A program made the translations under genes and the position numbers. The notes under the pieces were generated by a model that saw only the letters and a list, made by a program, of their open reading frames with translations, was not told the origin of the DNA and did no database searches. This document shows positions 17,173 through 27,755 of a DNA stretch of 55,478 bases, one piece after another. Positions within the stretch are counted from its first letter, which is position 1, and the number at the start of each line of letters is the position of its first letter. The DNA lies in assembly GCA_038136655.1 (NCBI GenBank), contig JAYQAE010000001.1, forward strand, positions 3,477 to 58,954, written 5' to 3'. Origin of the DNA: Ilumatobacteraceae bacterium. GTDB taxonomy: Bacteria > Actinomycetota > Acidimicrobiia > Acidimicrobiales > Ilumatobacteraceae.

Positions 17173-19076
17173 GCCGCCGCACCCCGCCGCCTCCTGCGGT
17201 GCGGCGCCGCACGCCGACGGTCGCCCCGCGGAGCGGACCCAAGCGCAGGCCCGGCGTGACGGTTCCGTCGAGCCACCGCGCCCGTCGTCCGGCCGAGACG
17301 GGTCCGCGCCGCCGCAACGTGCGCACCACCAGGCCGGCCGCCACGCTCACCGGCGGGGATGCCCGTCGTCGCATGAGGTTCGTCACCCTCGCGATCTGCG
17401 GCCTCCTCCTCATCGTCGTCCTGAAGATCGTCGAACTCCAGACCGCCGGGGGAGCGCCGCTTCGAGCGGCTGCCACCGACCAGTGGACCCGGACCGCCAC
17501 CATCACCGCCGATCGGGGCACCATCTTCGACCGCAACGGCGAGGAGCTCGCCGTGTCCATCCCCGCCAGCACCATCAGCATCAATCCGAAACTCATCGAC
17601 GACCCTTCGTCGACCCTCGCGGTGTTGACCTCGGTGCTCGGGCTCGACGCGGGCGAGCAGGAGCGACTCTGGGGAGAGATGATCGCGAAGGAGCGCGGGT
17701 TCGTTTACGTGCGTCGGCAGGTCGACGATGCTCTCGGGGAGCAACTCGCCGAGCTCCGTCTCTCGGGGGTCAACGTCGACGCCGAACCGCGCCGAGTGCT
17801 ACCCGGCGGTGATACCGGACGCTCGGTTATCGGTCTGACTGACATCGACGGCATCGGCATCGCGGGACTCGAGATGCAGTTCGACTCGATGCTCACCGGC
17901 GTGTCGGGGGGGCGCCAGCGCGAGGTCGCACCGGGTGGTCGGTCGATCCCGGGAAGCGAGGTCGTGATCTCGGCTCCCGTTCCCGGTGACGACCTGATCC
18001 TGACCATCGATCGCTCGATCCAGCACGCCTGCGAGTCTGCGCTCACCGCCCAGGTGAACCAGATCGGCGCAAAGGCCGGCCAGTGCATCGTCATGGACAC
18101 CGATACCGGTGATCTGCTCGCTATGGCGACGGTCAAGCGCGAGGCCGAGTCGGGTGAGGTGCGGATCACTTCGGGCAACCTGGCCGCGGTCGACTCCTAC
18201 GAGCCCGGCTCGGTCGCCAAGGTCATCACCGTCGCTGCCGGTCTGAACGAGGGCGCGGTCACGGAGGACACGACCTTCACCGTCCCGTGGAGGCGGGAGT
18301 ACGGCGAGGACCTCCTGAAGGACTCTCATGAGCACCCAGATGAGGAGATGAGCGTTCGCCGGATCCTTGTCGAGTCGTCGAACATCGGCACGATCGATAT
18401 CCAGCAGGCGACCGGTCGACCCACCCACTGGGACTACATGAGGCTGTTCGGCCTCGGTTCCGTGTCGGCTCTCGGGTTCCCCGGCGAGTCGGCGGGGATC
18501 CTCCACCACTGGACCGAGTTGCAAGGGTCCGAGCAGGTCACCGTCAGCTACGGGCAGGGCGTGGCGAGCACCGGCATCCAGTTGGTGTCGGCCGTCAACG
18601 TGATCGCGAACGACGGTCTCTACGTCGCGCCCCGGCTGGTGCGCGCCACCGTTGATCGGGGTGGGGCCATCGAGCCAACCGCGGCATCGGCCACCCACGA
18701 GGTCGTCACCCCCGCGGTCGCTGAGACCGTGCAGTCGATGATGGTCGACGTGATCTGCGCCGGTACCGGGTCGCGCGCCCGGGTCGACTCCTTCAATGTG
18801 GCTGGGAAGACCGGCACCGGGCTGAAGGCGCAGCCGAACGGCGGCTACCTCGACGAGAACGGCCGCTACGCCTACTACTCGAGCTTCGTCGGGTTCTTCC
18901 CCGCTGAGGACCCGCAGATCACGGTGCTCATCAGCATCGACGAGCCGCCAGCGGGCACGATCAACCGCTTCGGAGGCACGGCGGCGGCGCCGGTGTTCTC
19001 GAGACTCGTGCCGACCGTCGCCCACGAGCTCGGCATGCAGCCCCCCGATACCCCGCCCACCTGCGAGCAGGCGTGA
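17169..19076 (+). CDS. ftsI: Penicillin-binding protein (class B transpeptidase, FtsI/PBP3-like)
   Basis: ATGA overlap with ftsL. Motifs SVAK (SxxK), SSN, KTGT. Arg/Pro-rich cytoplasmic N-terminus plus a TM helix. Confidence 0.9.
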   Translation: MSRRTPPPPAVRRRTPTVAPRSGPKRRPGVTVPSSHRARRPAETGPRRRNVRTTRPAATLTGGDARRRMRFVTLAICGLLLIVVLKIVELQTAGGAPLRAAATDQWTRTATITADRGTIFDRNGEELAVSIPASTISINPKLIDDPSSTLAVLTSVLGLDAGEQERLWGEMIAKERGFVYVRRQVDDALGEQLAELRLSGVNVDAEPRRVLPGGDTGRSVIGLTDIDGIGIAGLEMQFDSMLTGVSGGRQREVAPGGRSIPGSEVVISAPVPGDDLILTIDRSIQHACESALTAQVNQIGAKAGQCIVMDTDTGDLLAMATVKREAESGEVRITSGNLAAVDSYEPGSVAKVITVAAGLNEGAVTEDTTFTVPWRREYGEDLLKDSHEHPDEEMSVRRILVESSNIGTIDIQQATGRPTHWDYMRLFGLGSVSALGFPGESAGILHHWTELQGSEQVTVSYGQGVASTGIQLVSAVNVIANDGLYVAPRLVRATVDRGGAIEPTAASATHEVVTPAVAETVQSMMVDVICAGTGSRARVDSFNVAGKTGTGLKAQPNGGYLDENGRYAYYSSFVGFFPAEDPQITVLISIDEPPAGTINRFGGTAAAPVFSRLVPTVAHELGMQPPDTPPTCEQA

Positions 19077-20524
19077 TCGCCGTGGCGACCGGTCTCGGTC
19101 TCGACGTGGTCGCCGGACGGATCCCGTCCCGACTGCTGCTCACCGTGGAGAGCGCGGGTCTCGCGCTCGACGCGGCCTCCGTCGTGGTTTCGGACGTGCA
19201 CCACGACTCGCGGGAGGTCACCAAGGGCTCCCTCTTCGCCTGCCTCGTCGGCGCGCGTCACGACGGTCACGACCACGCGGCGGAAGCGGTCGAGCGCGGC
19301 GCTGTCGCGTTACTGGTCGAGCGGCCCCTCGAGGTCGAGGTCCCTCAGATCGTGGTCGCCGACGCGCGCGAGGCGATGGCGCACGCCGCGGTCGCTGTCC
19401 ACGGCGATCCGGCGACGGGGTTGCTCATGGTCGGAATCACCGGCACGAACGGCAAGACGACGATCGCCCAACTCCTCGGTCAGGTCCTCTCAGCCGCCGG
19501 GCACGACGTCGAGGTGATCGGCACTTTGAGCGGGCCTCGGACCACTCCGGAGTCACCTGATCTCCAGCGGGGCCTCGCTCGTTCGGTCAGCGACGGCCGT
19601 ACCGCGGTGGTGATGGAGGTCTCCTCGCACGCGTTGGTGCTCGACCGGGTCACCGGTGTTCGGTTCGACCTCGCCGTGTTCACCAACCTCGGTCGCGATC
19701 ACCTCGACCTGCACGGCACGACCGAGGAGTACTTCCGGGCGAAAGCCCGGCTCTTCTCCTCAGAGCTGTGCCAACGCGCTCTCGTCAACGCCGACGACAT
19801 CCACGGCCGGCTGCTCATCGACGGGGCGGAGGTGCCGACACAGGCGTACGCGTCAGCGGAGGCGGACGACGTGCGGCTCGGTGTCACTTCCGTGTCGTTC
19901 ACCTGGCGAGGGCATCGCGTCGATCTCCCGATGGGAGGAGCGGTCAATGTGCTCAACGCCCTCGCCGTGCTCGACGCGGCAGTCCTTCTCGGCGTAGACG
20001 AGGCGGCGGCTGTCGCTGCCCTTCGCGGGTGCGCGCCGGTTCCCGGCCGATTTGAGCCGGTGACGTCAACCGATCCCTCGGCCCCCCTCGTCGTGGTCGA
20101 TTACGCCCACACACCGGATGCGCTCGCGAGGCTCATCGAGGGAGCGAGGGAGGCTGCCCCGACGGCTCGATGCACGGTCGTCATCGGATGCGGAGGGGAA
20201 CGCGACCGTGAAAAGCGACCCGAGATGGGTCGCGCCGCTCTCGCCGCCGACCGCGTGGTGCTGACCTCGGACAACCCGAGGGGTGAACGGCCCGAGGCGA
20301 TCCTGTCGGACATGCTCTCGGGTATGTCGGAGTCCGAGCGTGCCGACGTGGTGGTGGAGGTCGACCGCGAGTTGGCGATCCGCCGCGCCATCGACGAGGC
20401 CGGTGCTGGTGAGATCGTGCTGATCGCCGGCAAGGGCCACGAGACGACCCAGGAGAGCGGTGGCGAGATCCGGCACTTCGACGACCGGGAGATCGCGCGC
20501 GCCGCGCTCGGGGTGGACGCATGA
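19073..20524 (+). CDS. murE: UDP-N-acetylmuramoyl-L-alanyl-D-glutamate--2,6-diaminopimelate ligase
   Basis: GTGA overlap with ftsI. GITGTNGKTT P-loop. The DNPR motif (LTSDNPRGE) indicates meso-DAP specificity. Confidence 0.93.
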   Translation: MIAVATGLGLDVVAGRIPSRLLLTVESAGLALDAASVVVSDVHHDSREVTKGSLFACLVGARHDGHDHAAEAVERGAVALLVERPLEVEVPQIVVADAREAMAHAAVAVHGDPATGLLMVGITGTNGKTTIAQLLGQVLSAAGHDVEVIGTLSGPRTTPESPDLQRGLARSVSDGRTAVVMEVSSHALVLDRVTGVRFDLAVFTNLGRDHLDLHGTTEEYFRAKARLFSSELCQRALVNADDIHGRLLIDGAEVPTQAYASAEADDVRLGVTSVSFTWRGHRVDLPMGGAVNVLNALAVLDAAVLLGVDEAAAVAALRGCAPVPGRFEPVTSTDPSAPLVVVDYAHTPDALARLIEGAREAAPTARCTVVIGCGGERDREKRPEMGRAALAADRVVLTSDNPRGERPEAILSDMLSGMSESERADVVVEVDRELAIRRAIDEAGAGEIVLIAGKGHETTQESGGEIRHFDDREIARAALGVDA

Positions 20525-21570
20525 TCGCGATCATGATCGCCGGGGCCGTGTCGGCGCTGGTGTCACTCCTCGGAACGCGATTCCTGATCGTCTTCTTCCA
20601 GGCGCGTGGACAGGGCCAACCGATCCTCGTGGAGGACGACCGGACCCTCGGACTCGAGCACCACATGCCGAAACAGGGCACCCCGACGATGGGGGGCCTC
20701 GCCATCATTGGCGCGGCGCTCATCGGCTGGATCGTCGCCCACGTGCGCGACCTTCCATTCTCCGACCAGGCGATGATCGTGTGGGTCGGTGTGCTCGCGA
20801 TGGCCGCGATGGGGTTCGCCGACGACTGGATCAAGGTTCGCAAACGCCACAACCGAGGCATCTTCTGGAAGCAGAAGAACTACCTCACCATGTTGATGAG
20901 TTTCGGCATGGCGTGGTGGCTCGTCGCATCGACCGGCATCTCCGAGACGATCAGCCTGACGCGCGCCGGCGACCTCGGCTTTGAGGTTCCCCAGTTCGTG
21001 TGGATCCTGTGGGCGGGACTGCTGATCTGGGCGACGACGAACGCGGTGAACGTGACCGACGGACTCGACGGCCTCGCCGGAGGCTCGGCCCTGATGGGGT
21101 TCGGCGCGTTCACCATCATCGGGTACTGGGCATTCAGGAACCCCGACATCTACGAGGTGGTCAACCCACTCGACATGGGGGTGCTCGCGGCCGCATTTGC
21201 CGGGGCTTGCCTCGGGTTCCTCTGGTGGAACGCGGCTCCGGCGCGAATCTTCATGGGCGACGTCGGCGCCCTCGGAATCGGCTCGGCCCTGGCCTTTTCG
21301 GCGCTGACCATGAACACCCATCTCCTCCTCGTCCTCATCTGTGGGATCAACGTGGTGGAGGCCGGTTCGGTCGCGGTGCAGATGGCGGTGTTCAAGGCAT
21401 CGGGCCGTCGACGCCGGCTCTTCCGCATGTCACCGATCCACCACCACTTCGAACTCGGGGGATGGCCGGAGACCACGGTGATCATCCGGTTCTGGCTGTT
21501 GGCCGCCGTCTCGGTAGCCCTAGCGCTCGCGATCTTCATCGGCGACTTCACGAGGATCGCCGCGCGATGA
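20521..21570 (+). CDS. mraY: Phospho-N-acetylmuramoyl-pentapeptide transferase
   Basis: ATGA overlap with murE. Motifs NAVNVTDGLDGLA and HHHFE. Polytopic membrane protein. Confidence 0.95.
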   Translation: MIAIMIAGAVSALVSLLGTRFLIVFFQARGQGQPILVEDDRTLGLEHHMPKQGTPTMGGLAIIGAALIGWIVAHVRDLPFSDQAMIVWVGVLAMAAMGFADDWIKVRKRHNRGIFWKQKNYLTMLMSFGMAWWLVASTGISETISLTRAGDLGFEVPQFVWILWAGLLIWATTNAVNVTDGLDGLAGGSALMGFGAFTIIGYWAFRNPDIYEVVNPLDMGVLAAAFAGACLGFLWWNAAPARIFMGDVGALGIGSALAFSALTMNTHLLLVLICGINVVEAGSVAVQMAVFKASGRRRRLFRMSPIHHHFELGGWPETTVIIRFWLLAAVSVALALAIFIGDFTRIAAR

Positions 21571-22919
21571 CGATCACCTCCCTCGTCCATGGCCTTGGCA
21601 TCGCGGGAGCGGCGACGGTCCGGGCGATGCAACGCCTCGGCCACCAAGTGGTTGTCACCGATGACGCCATCGACGACGCGAAGGTCGCGCAGGCCGCTCG
21701 GCTCGGTCTCGAGATCGAACAACCACCCGCCGACCTCGACGGGTTCGTGCGGGCTTTCGATCTGATCTCGCCGGCGCCCGGGGTCGCCGAGTCGCATCCG
21801 CTCATCCGAGCGGCGAGAGCGGCGGACCGGCGTATCGCCAGCGAGATCGAATTGGCTTGGATGTGGGAGCGGGAGCGCACCGGAGGGGCGCGTCCGATGG
21901 TCGCGGTCACCGGTACCGATGGGAAGACGACGACGGTCTCGATGATCACCGCGATGCTCGAGTCGGCTGGCAGGAGGACCGTCGCTTGCGGCAACACCGA
22001 CACCCCGCTCCTCGACGCCCTCGAGATGGACGTTGACGTCTACGTGGTGGAGTGCTCGAGTTTCCGACTCGCGTTCACCGAGGGCTTTCGCGCCGAGGCG
22101 GCGATCTGGCTCAACCTCGCGCCGGACCATCTCAACTGGCACGACTCCATGGCCACCTACGAGGCGGCGAAGGCGCGGATCTTCAGTCAGCAGACCCCCG
22201 AGGATGTGTCGATCGGCAACATCGACGACCCGATCGTTCGGCGTCATCTCTCCGATTCGCCGGCTCGACGCGTCTCGGTCGGGGAGAGCGGTGAGTACCG
22301 GTTCGTCAATGGTGCTCTGGTGTCACCCTCCGGCGTCATCATCGAAGCGGGGGACATGCGTCGCAGCCTTCCGCACGACATCTCGAACGGCCTCGCCGCA
22401 GCCGCCTCGGTGATCGAGACCGGGCTCGCCACCGTGTCTGAGGTGGCGGGAGCGCTCGCCGATTTCGAGGCGCCGGCGCATCGCATCTCGCTCGTCGGAC
22501 GGGTCGACGGAGTCGACTGCTTCAACGACTCCAAGGCCACCACCCCGCACGCCGCTCTCGCCGCGATCCGCTCCTTCCCGAGTGTCGTGCTGATCGCCGG
22601 CGGGCGCAATAAGGATCTCGACCTCGGCGTGCTCGCCGAAGCCGGCTCGCACATTCGCGGGGTCATCGCGATCGGTGAGGCCGCCGCCGAGATCGAGGCG
22701 GTGTTCGCCCCCAACGTGCCGGTGCGTCATGCCGGTTCGATGGAGTCCGCCGTTCGAGCGGCGGTCGAGGAGGCCTGCGAGGGCGATGTCGTTCTTCTCT
22801 CGCCGGCCTGCGCGAGTTTCGACTGGTATCCGGCCGGTGGATACGCCGCCCGGGGGGAGCACTTCGCTCGCGTGGTCGATGACCTCGCGCGGAGCGGAGC
22901 CATGGTGAAGGGAGCATGA
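21567..22919 (+). CDS. murD: UDP-N-acetylmuramoylalanine--D-glutamate ligase
   Basis: ATG 21567 forms an ATGA overlap with mraY. VAVTGTDGKTTT P-loop. The upstream part of the 639-aa track ORF is an out-of-frame read through mraY. Confidence 0.9.
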   Translation: MTITSLVHGLGIAGAATVRAMQRLGHQVVVTDDAIDDAKVAQAARLGLEIEQPPADLDGFVRAFDLISPAPGVAESHPLIRAARAADRRIASEIELAWMWERERTGGARPMVAVTGTDGKTTTVSMITAMLESAGRRTVACGNTDTPLLDALEMDVDVYVVECSSFRLAFTEGFRAEAAIWLNLAPDHLNWHDSMATYEAAKARIFSQQTPEDVSIGNIDDPIVRRHLSDSPARRVSVGESGEYRFVNGALVSPSGVIIEAGDMRRSLPHDISNGLAAAASVIETGLATVSEVAGALADFEAPAHRISLVGRVDGVDCFNDSKATTPHAALAAIRSFPSVVLIAGGRNKDLDLGVLAEAGSHIRGVIAIGEAAAEIEAVFAPNVPVRHAGSMESAVRAAVEEACEGDVVLLSPACASFDWYPAGGYAARGEHFARVVDDLARSGAMVKGA

Positions 22920-22920
22920 C

Positions 22921-24216
22921 ATGGGTCTCGCGCTGATCAAGGGGGACGACCTCGCCCGACGACGCCAAGCTGCGGTCGAGAAGGGGCGCGAGAGCGGCCG
23001 GGGCAGCCGACGTCATCAGGATTCGCGCAGTCGGGAGGGGCTGGCGGGCGCCTTTCGACGCGAGCAACTCGACACGGCTCCGCTCTCGTATTACGCGATC
23101 ATGGTCGTTGTCGCCGTCCTCGTCCTCCTCGGATTGGTGATGCTCCTGTCGGCCTCGGCGGCCAAGAACGTCGGCGGAGACGCCTCGCCCTACTCGATGG
23201 TGCTGAAACAGGTGATGTGGACCGCGCTCGGGATCCTCGGGATGCTCATCGCGATGAGGGTGCCCTACCGATCGATCAGGCCGATCGCGCTCCCGGCCGC
23301 GATTCTCGGCTTCGCGATGATGGGTCTCCCGTTCGTCGACGGCGTTGGCAAGGAGGTCAACGACGCTCGGTCGTGGGTGAACCTCGGGCCGATCGGGTTC
23401 CAGCCCTCGGAGATCTTGAAGATCTTGGTGATCGTGCTCGCGGCCGACATGGTCGCCCGACGTGAGCGGTCGGTCGGCGACTGGAGGGTGATGGCGGTCC
23501 CGGTCGCCGGACTCGGTGGTCTCGCCTCGGCGGCCTGCATGGCCCAAGGTGACGTCGGTTCGGCCGTCGTGCTCATGGCCGTCGTGATGACCATGCTGCT
23601 GTTCTCCGGAGCTCCGCTGCGCCACATCGGGGCCATCGCCGGTGCCAGCGCCTTTGTGCTCCTACTGGTCATCGTCGCCACGCCGAGGCGCTTCAACCGA
23701 TTCGTCGCCTTCCTCGACGTGGAGGGCAACAAGGACTACCTCGCCTATCAGTCCTGGCAGGGTCTGCTGTCGATCGCCAATGGCGGTCTGACGGGGTCGG
23801 GTATCGGGGGCAGCCGGTCGAAGCTCGGCTACCTGCCGCTCGCGCACAGTGACTTCATCTTCGCCATCGTCGCCGATGAGCTCGGCATCGTCGGATCGAT
23901 CGCCGTCATCGGCGGGTTCGGCATGCTCGTCTGGTTCGGGATCCAGGCGGCGCTCGCGGCCCCGGACCGGTTCGGGCAGATGCTCGCCGCGGGAATCGCG
24001 TCATGGTTCGGTCTGCAGACCCTGGTGAACGTCGGCGGAGTCGTCGCGATCATGCCGGTGACCGGCATCACCCTTCCGTTCTTCTCCTACGGCGGATCGT
24101 CGATGTCGACCTCGCTCGTCGCCGCCGGTTTGTTGCTCAATGTGGCGCGTCGCGGCGTGTCGGAACGCTCGACGGTCTCGGCGCCCGGACGGCGTCGTAC
24201 CACGAAAGCCCGCTGA
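22921..24216 (+). CDS. ftsW: Peptidoglycan glycosyltransferase FtsW (SEDS family)
   Basis: 431-aa ORF. Motifs QPSEILKILVIV, HSDFIFAIVADELG, PFFSYGGSS. Confidence 0.92.
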   Translation: MGLALIKGDDLARRRQAAVEKGRESGRGSRRHQDSRSREGLAGAFRREQLDTAPLSYYAIMVVVAVLVLLGLVMLLSASAAKNVGGDASPYSMVLKQVMWTALGILGMLIAMRVPYRSIRPIALPAAILGFAMMGLPFVDGVGKEVNDARSWVNLGPIGFQPSEILKILVIVLAADMVARRERSVGDWRVMAVPVAGLGGLASAACMAQGDVGSAVVLMAVVMTMLLFSGAPLRHIGAIAGASAFVLLLVIVATPRRFNRFVAFLDVEGNKDYLAYQSWQGLLSIANGGLTGSGIGGSRSKLGYLPLAHSDFIFAIVADELGIVGSIAVIGGFGMLVWFGIQAALAAPDRFGQMLAAGIASWFGLQTLVNVGGVVAIMPVTGITLPFFSYGGSSMSTSLVAAGLLLNVARRGVSERSTVSAPGRRRTTKAR

Positions 24217-24227
24217 GTAAGGGACGC

Positions 24228-25337
24228 GTGGTGGCCGGGATCCGACTGCTGGTCGCCGGGGGCGGCACGGCTGGCCACGTGCTGCCCGCGATCTCGGTGT
24301 TGGAGGCCGCGATGGCCAACGGGTACGAGCCCGACGAACTGCACTACGTCGGATCCACCCGAGGCGTCGAGGGGGAGATGGTCCCGCCGCTCGGGGTCCC
24401 CTTCACCCTGCTCCGCGTGGTCGGGCTGCAGCGCCGCGTCACCGCTTCCAACCTGCTCTTTGCGCCCCTCATGGTGGCGGCGGTCCTCTCGTCGCTCGGG
24501 CTGCTTCGTCGGCGTCGACCAGCGGTCGTGGTGTCGGTCGGGGGATACGCCAGCCTCCCCCCGGTTCTCGCCGCCCGGCTGCTCCGAATCCCTGTCGTTG
24601 TGGTCAGCTACGACCGCCGTCCTGGTCGGGCGAGCGCGCTCAGCGCCCGATTCGCCGCCGCCTCCGCTGTCGCGTTTCCGGACTCAGCGCTCCCTCGGGC
24701 GACCTTCACCGGCGCCCCGCTCAGGCGTGCGATCCTCACCGCTGACCGGGCGGGTGGCCGTGGCCCAGCTCGAGCTCGCCTCGGCATCGACGAGGACCGT
24801 TTCCTCGTGGTCGCTCTCGGCGGCTCACTCGGTTCGGCTGCCCTGAACGCCGCCGTCGTCCGCCTCGTGGAGGAGCGCGCCGACGATCGCGGACTGGCGG
24901 TCGTCCACCTCGCCGGTCGTCGCTTCGTGGATGACCTGCCAGAGGCGCTCGACGGCTTCTCGGGGGTCTCCTATGCGCCCTCGGGCTTCAGTGAGGACAT
25001 GTCGACCCTGTACGAGGCGGCCGATCTGGTGATCGGTCGAGGTGGCGCCAGCACGGTCCACGAGGTCGCCGCGGTCGGCGTCCCGTCGGTACTGGTTCCC
25101 TGGGACGGAGCGGCCGAAGACCACCAACGGGAGAACGTCCGCTGGCTGGCCGATGGCGGGGGAGCGATCGCGTTGGCCGAGTCCGAACTCGGATCGCTCG
25201 GATCCGTGATCGATGGATTGCGGAGCGACCGCGCCCGACTCGATGACATCGCGCATCGTGCCCGCGAGATGGGTGCGGTCAGTCGGTCGGGGCGGCTCGC
25301 CGAACTGATCGACGCTGTGGCGGATGGCGACACCTAA
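24228..25337 (+). CDS. murG: Undecaprenyldiphospho-muramoylpentapeptide beta-N-acetylglucosaminyltransferase
   Basis: GTG 24228 preceded by aaggga. Motifs GGGTAGHVLPA and GRGGASTVHEV. Confidence 0.9.
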   Translation: MVAGIRLLVAGGGTAGHVLPAISVLEAAMANGYEPDELHYVGSTRGVEGEMVPPLGVPFTLLRVVGLQRRVTASNLLFAPLMVAAVLSSLGLLRRRRPAVVVSVGGYASLPPVLAARLLRIPVVVVSYDRRPGRASALSARFAAASAVAFPDSALPRATFTGAPLRRAILTADRAGGRGPARARLGIDEDRFLVVALGGSLGSAALNAAVVRLVEERADDRGLAVVHLAGRRFVDDLPEALDGFSGVSYAPSGFSEDMSTLYEAADLVIGRGGASTVHEVAAVGVPSVLVPWDGAAEDHQRENVRWLADGGGAIALAESELGSLGSVIDGLRSDRARLDDIAHRAREMGAVSRSGRLAELIDAVADGDT

Positions 25338-26766
25338 CGTGACCGAAGTGATCGAGCAGCGCCTGCCGACGGTGATCCCCGACCTCGCTGAGCCGCGTCG
25401 CATCCACGTCGTCGGCGTCGGTGGACCCGGGATGAGCGCGGTCGCGATCGCGCTCGCCGGCATGGGCCACGACGTGTCGGGTAGCGACATCCGAGGGCGC
25501 CAAGTGCTCGAGCGGCTCCGGGCGGCGGGGGTTCGCGTGCACATCGGTCATGACCGTCGCCATGTGCACGGCTGTGATGTCGTCACCGCGTCAACGGCCA
25601 TCCCTGTCGATCTCAACGAGTTGGATGAGGCGCGCCGGCGGGGTATCGCCGTGACCTCGCGGGCCGGCATCCTCGCTGCGATCTGCGCGAGGACCGGAGC
25701 GCTCGCCGTCGCTGGCACCCACGGCAAGACGACCACCTCGTCGATGCTCATGCTCATGCTCGCCGCGGCGGGCCGTCGGCCCGGATTCATCATTGGCGGC
25801 GATGTGGCTGATGTCGGCACTGGTGCCGAGTGGACCGGCTCGGACTGGTTCGTCGTCGAGGCCGATGAGAGCGATGGCACGCACAGTCATCTGCCCCTCG
25901 TCGGCACCGTCCTCACTAACATCGACCGCGACCATCTCGATCACTTCGGGTCCTTCGCCGCCCTCGTCGAGAGTTTCTCGGACTACCTCGACCGGGTGGA
26001 GGGGCCGCGCGTGGTCTGCCTCGATGACCCGGTCGCCGCGCCGCTCGCTCGCCGCCCCGACTGCGTCTCCTACGGGCTCCACCCCGAGTCGCGCTACCGA
26101 GTCGTCGACGTGGTCGCCGCCGAAGGTCGACAGGACTTCGCCGTGGAGCACCCGGGAGGTCGTACGCAGGTGCGCCTGCCCCTCCGAGGAGTCCACAACG
26201 CAGTGAACGCGACGGGGGCGCTCGCTCTTGCGGTGGAGATCGGGGTCGATCCCGATGTCGCGGCCCGCGCTCTCGGTGCCTTCGGTGGGGTGGCCCGACG
26301 GTTCGACATCCGAGCGGTCGATGGGGGAGCGACCTTCGTGGACGACTATGCCCATCTGCCTGCCGAGATCGCCGCTGTGCTCGCCGCGGCGCGTCACTCG
26401 GGCGATGGCTGGCGGCGGGTGATCGCGGTCTTTCAACCGAACCGTTTCAACCGGATGTCGGAGATCTGGCGCGATTACGCCGAGTGCTTCGCCGATGCGG
26501 ACCTGGTGGTCCTGACCGACATCTACTCCTCGGGTACGACACCGATTCCCGGGGTGACCGGGAAGCTCGTCGTCAATGCCGTCACCGAGGCCGATCCGAC
26601 GCGCCGGGTGGTCTGGATGCGTCAGCGGGAGGACCTGATCCGCTTCCTCGCCGCTGAGGTCGGCGAGGGGGATGTCTGCATCTCGATGGGCTGTGGAGAC
26701 ATCGCTTCCCTGCCCGATGAAGTGGTCGAGGCCCGGATGCGCGGCGGGCGAGGCTCCGCAGCGTGA
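25324..26766 (+). CDS. murC: UDP-N-acetylmuramate--L-alanine ligase
   Basis: 480-aa ORF overlapping murG by 14 nt. Motifs VGVGGPGMSAVA and AGTHGKTTTSSM. Confidence 0.93.
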   Translation: MATPNVTEVIEQRLPTVIPDLAEPRRIHVVGVGGPGMSAVAIALAGMGHDVSGSDIRGRQVLERLRAAGVRVHIGHDRRHVHGCDVVTASTAIPVDLNELDEARRRGIAVTSRAGILAAICARTGALAVAGTHGKTTTSSMLMLMLAAAGRRPGFIIGGDVADVGTGAEWTGSDWFVVEADESDGTHSHLPLVGTVLTNIDRDHLDHFGSFAALVESFSDYLDRVEGPRVVCLDDPVAAPLARRPDCVSYGLHPESRYRVVDVVAAEGRQDFAVEHPGGRTQVRLPLRGVHNAVNATGALALAVEIGVDPDVAARALGAFGGVARRFDIRAVDGGATFVDDYAHLPAEIAAVLAAARHSGDGWRRVIAVFQPNRFNRMSEIWRDYAECFADADLVVLTDIYSSGTTPIPGVTGKLVVNAVTEADPTRRVVWMRQREDLIRFLAAEVGEGDVCISMGCGDIASLPDEVVEARMRGGRGSAA

Positions 26767-27746
26767 TGGACGCGGCTGCGCTCGCCTCCGCGCTCGGCGC
26801 CGTGGAAGGAGTGACGGTCGAGCGGGACAGCCCACTCGGCGAGTTGACGACATATCGCATCGGGGGAACGGCCGCGCTCATGGTCAGCGTCGGCCACTCC
26901 GTGGCCCTGATCGAGGTAGGCCGGATTCTCAGCGAGACCGGCGCTCCGGTGGTGGTTCTCGGGCGGGGATCCAACGTGCTGGTTGCCGACACCGGTTTCG
27001 ACGGCGTCGTGCTTCGACTGGTCGCGGACTTCGAGGCGATCTCGATCCCGCCCGTCGAAGCGGCCACGCTCGTCGAGGTGAGCGCCGGCTCAGCCGCGCC
27101 CCTGCCGGTGGTGGCTCGGCGCACGGCGGCCGCTGGGCTCGGGGGCTTCGAGTGGGCGGTGGGTGTGCCGGGCACGATTGGTGGAGCCGTTCGGATGAAC
27201 GCCGGGGGGCACGGGTCCGATATGGCGGCATCGATCTCGGGTGCGACGATTCTGACCCTCGGAGGTTCTCCCCGCCGGGTTGATGTCGATGGTCTCGGCT
27301 TCGGATTCCGCAGTTCGGGCATCGCAGCGGAAGATGTCGTTCTCGACGCCACGCTGGCACTGCGACCCTGCGAGGTGGAACGCTCGGAGGCTGAGATCGA
27401 CGAGATCGTTCGGTGGCGTCGAGAGCACCAACCGGGTGGCCAAAACTGCGGGTCGGTCTTCGTCAACCCGGTTCCCGGGGAGATCTCGGCGGGCGCGCTC
27501 ATCGACGCGCTCGGCCTGCGTGGATGTCGGGACGGAACTGCTTCGGTATCGGACAAGCACGCCAACTTCATCCTCTCCGAGCCCGGTGGCGCCGCGTCCG
27601 ACGTGGTGCGTCTCATGGGTCGCGTCCGTGCGGAGGTGTTGGAAAGCACCGGTCACGACTTGCGCTCGGAGGTGCGCCTGCTCGGGTTCGACGACGAGGT
27701 CGCCGAGGCCGCCGGTGCCCGACCGGCCACCTCGGCGGGTCACTAG
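26763..27746 (+). CDS. murB: UDP-N-acetylenolpyruvoylglucosamine reductase
   Basis: GTGA overlap with murC. FAD-binding GRGSNVLVAD. C-terminal SVFVNP...KHANFI. Confidence 0.9.
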   Translation: MMDAAALASALGAVEGVTVERDSPLGELTTYRIGGTAALMVSVGHSVALIEVGRILSETGAPVVVLGRGSNVLVADTGFDGVVLRLVADFEAISIPPVEAATLVEVSAGSAAPLPVVARRTAAAGLGGFEWAVGVPGTIGGAVRMNAGGHGSDMAASISGATILTLGGSPRRVDVDGLGFGFRSSGIAAEDVVLDATLALRPCEVERSEAEIDEIVRWRREHQPGGQNCGSVFVNPVPGEISAGALIDALGLRGCRDGTASVSDKHANFILSEPGGAASDVVRLMGRVRAEVLESTGHDLRSEVRLLGFDDEVAEAAGARPATSAGH

Positions 27747-27755
27747 GTTTCGCTC

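Noticed and set aside
19073-20524. A possible MurE-MurF fusion that would explain the missing murF
   Set aside because: The protein is 483 aa with a single Mur-ligase P-loop and a single DNPR motif, which is normal MurE size.
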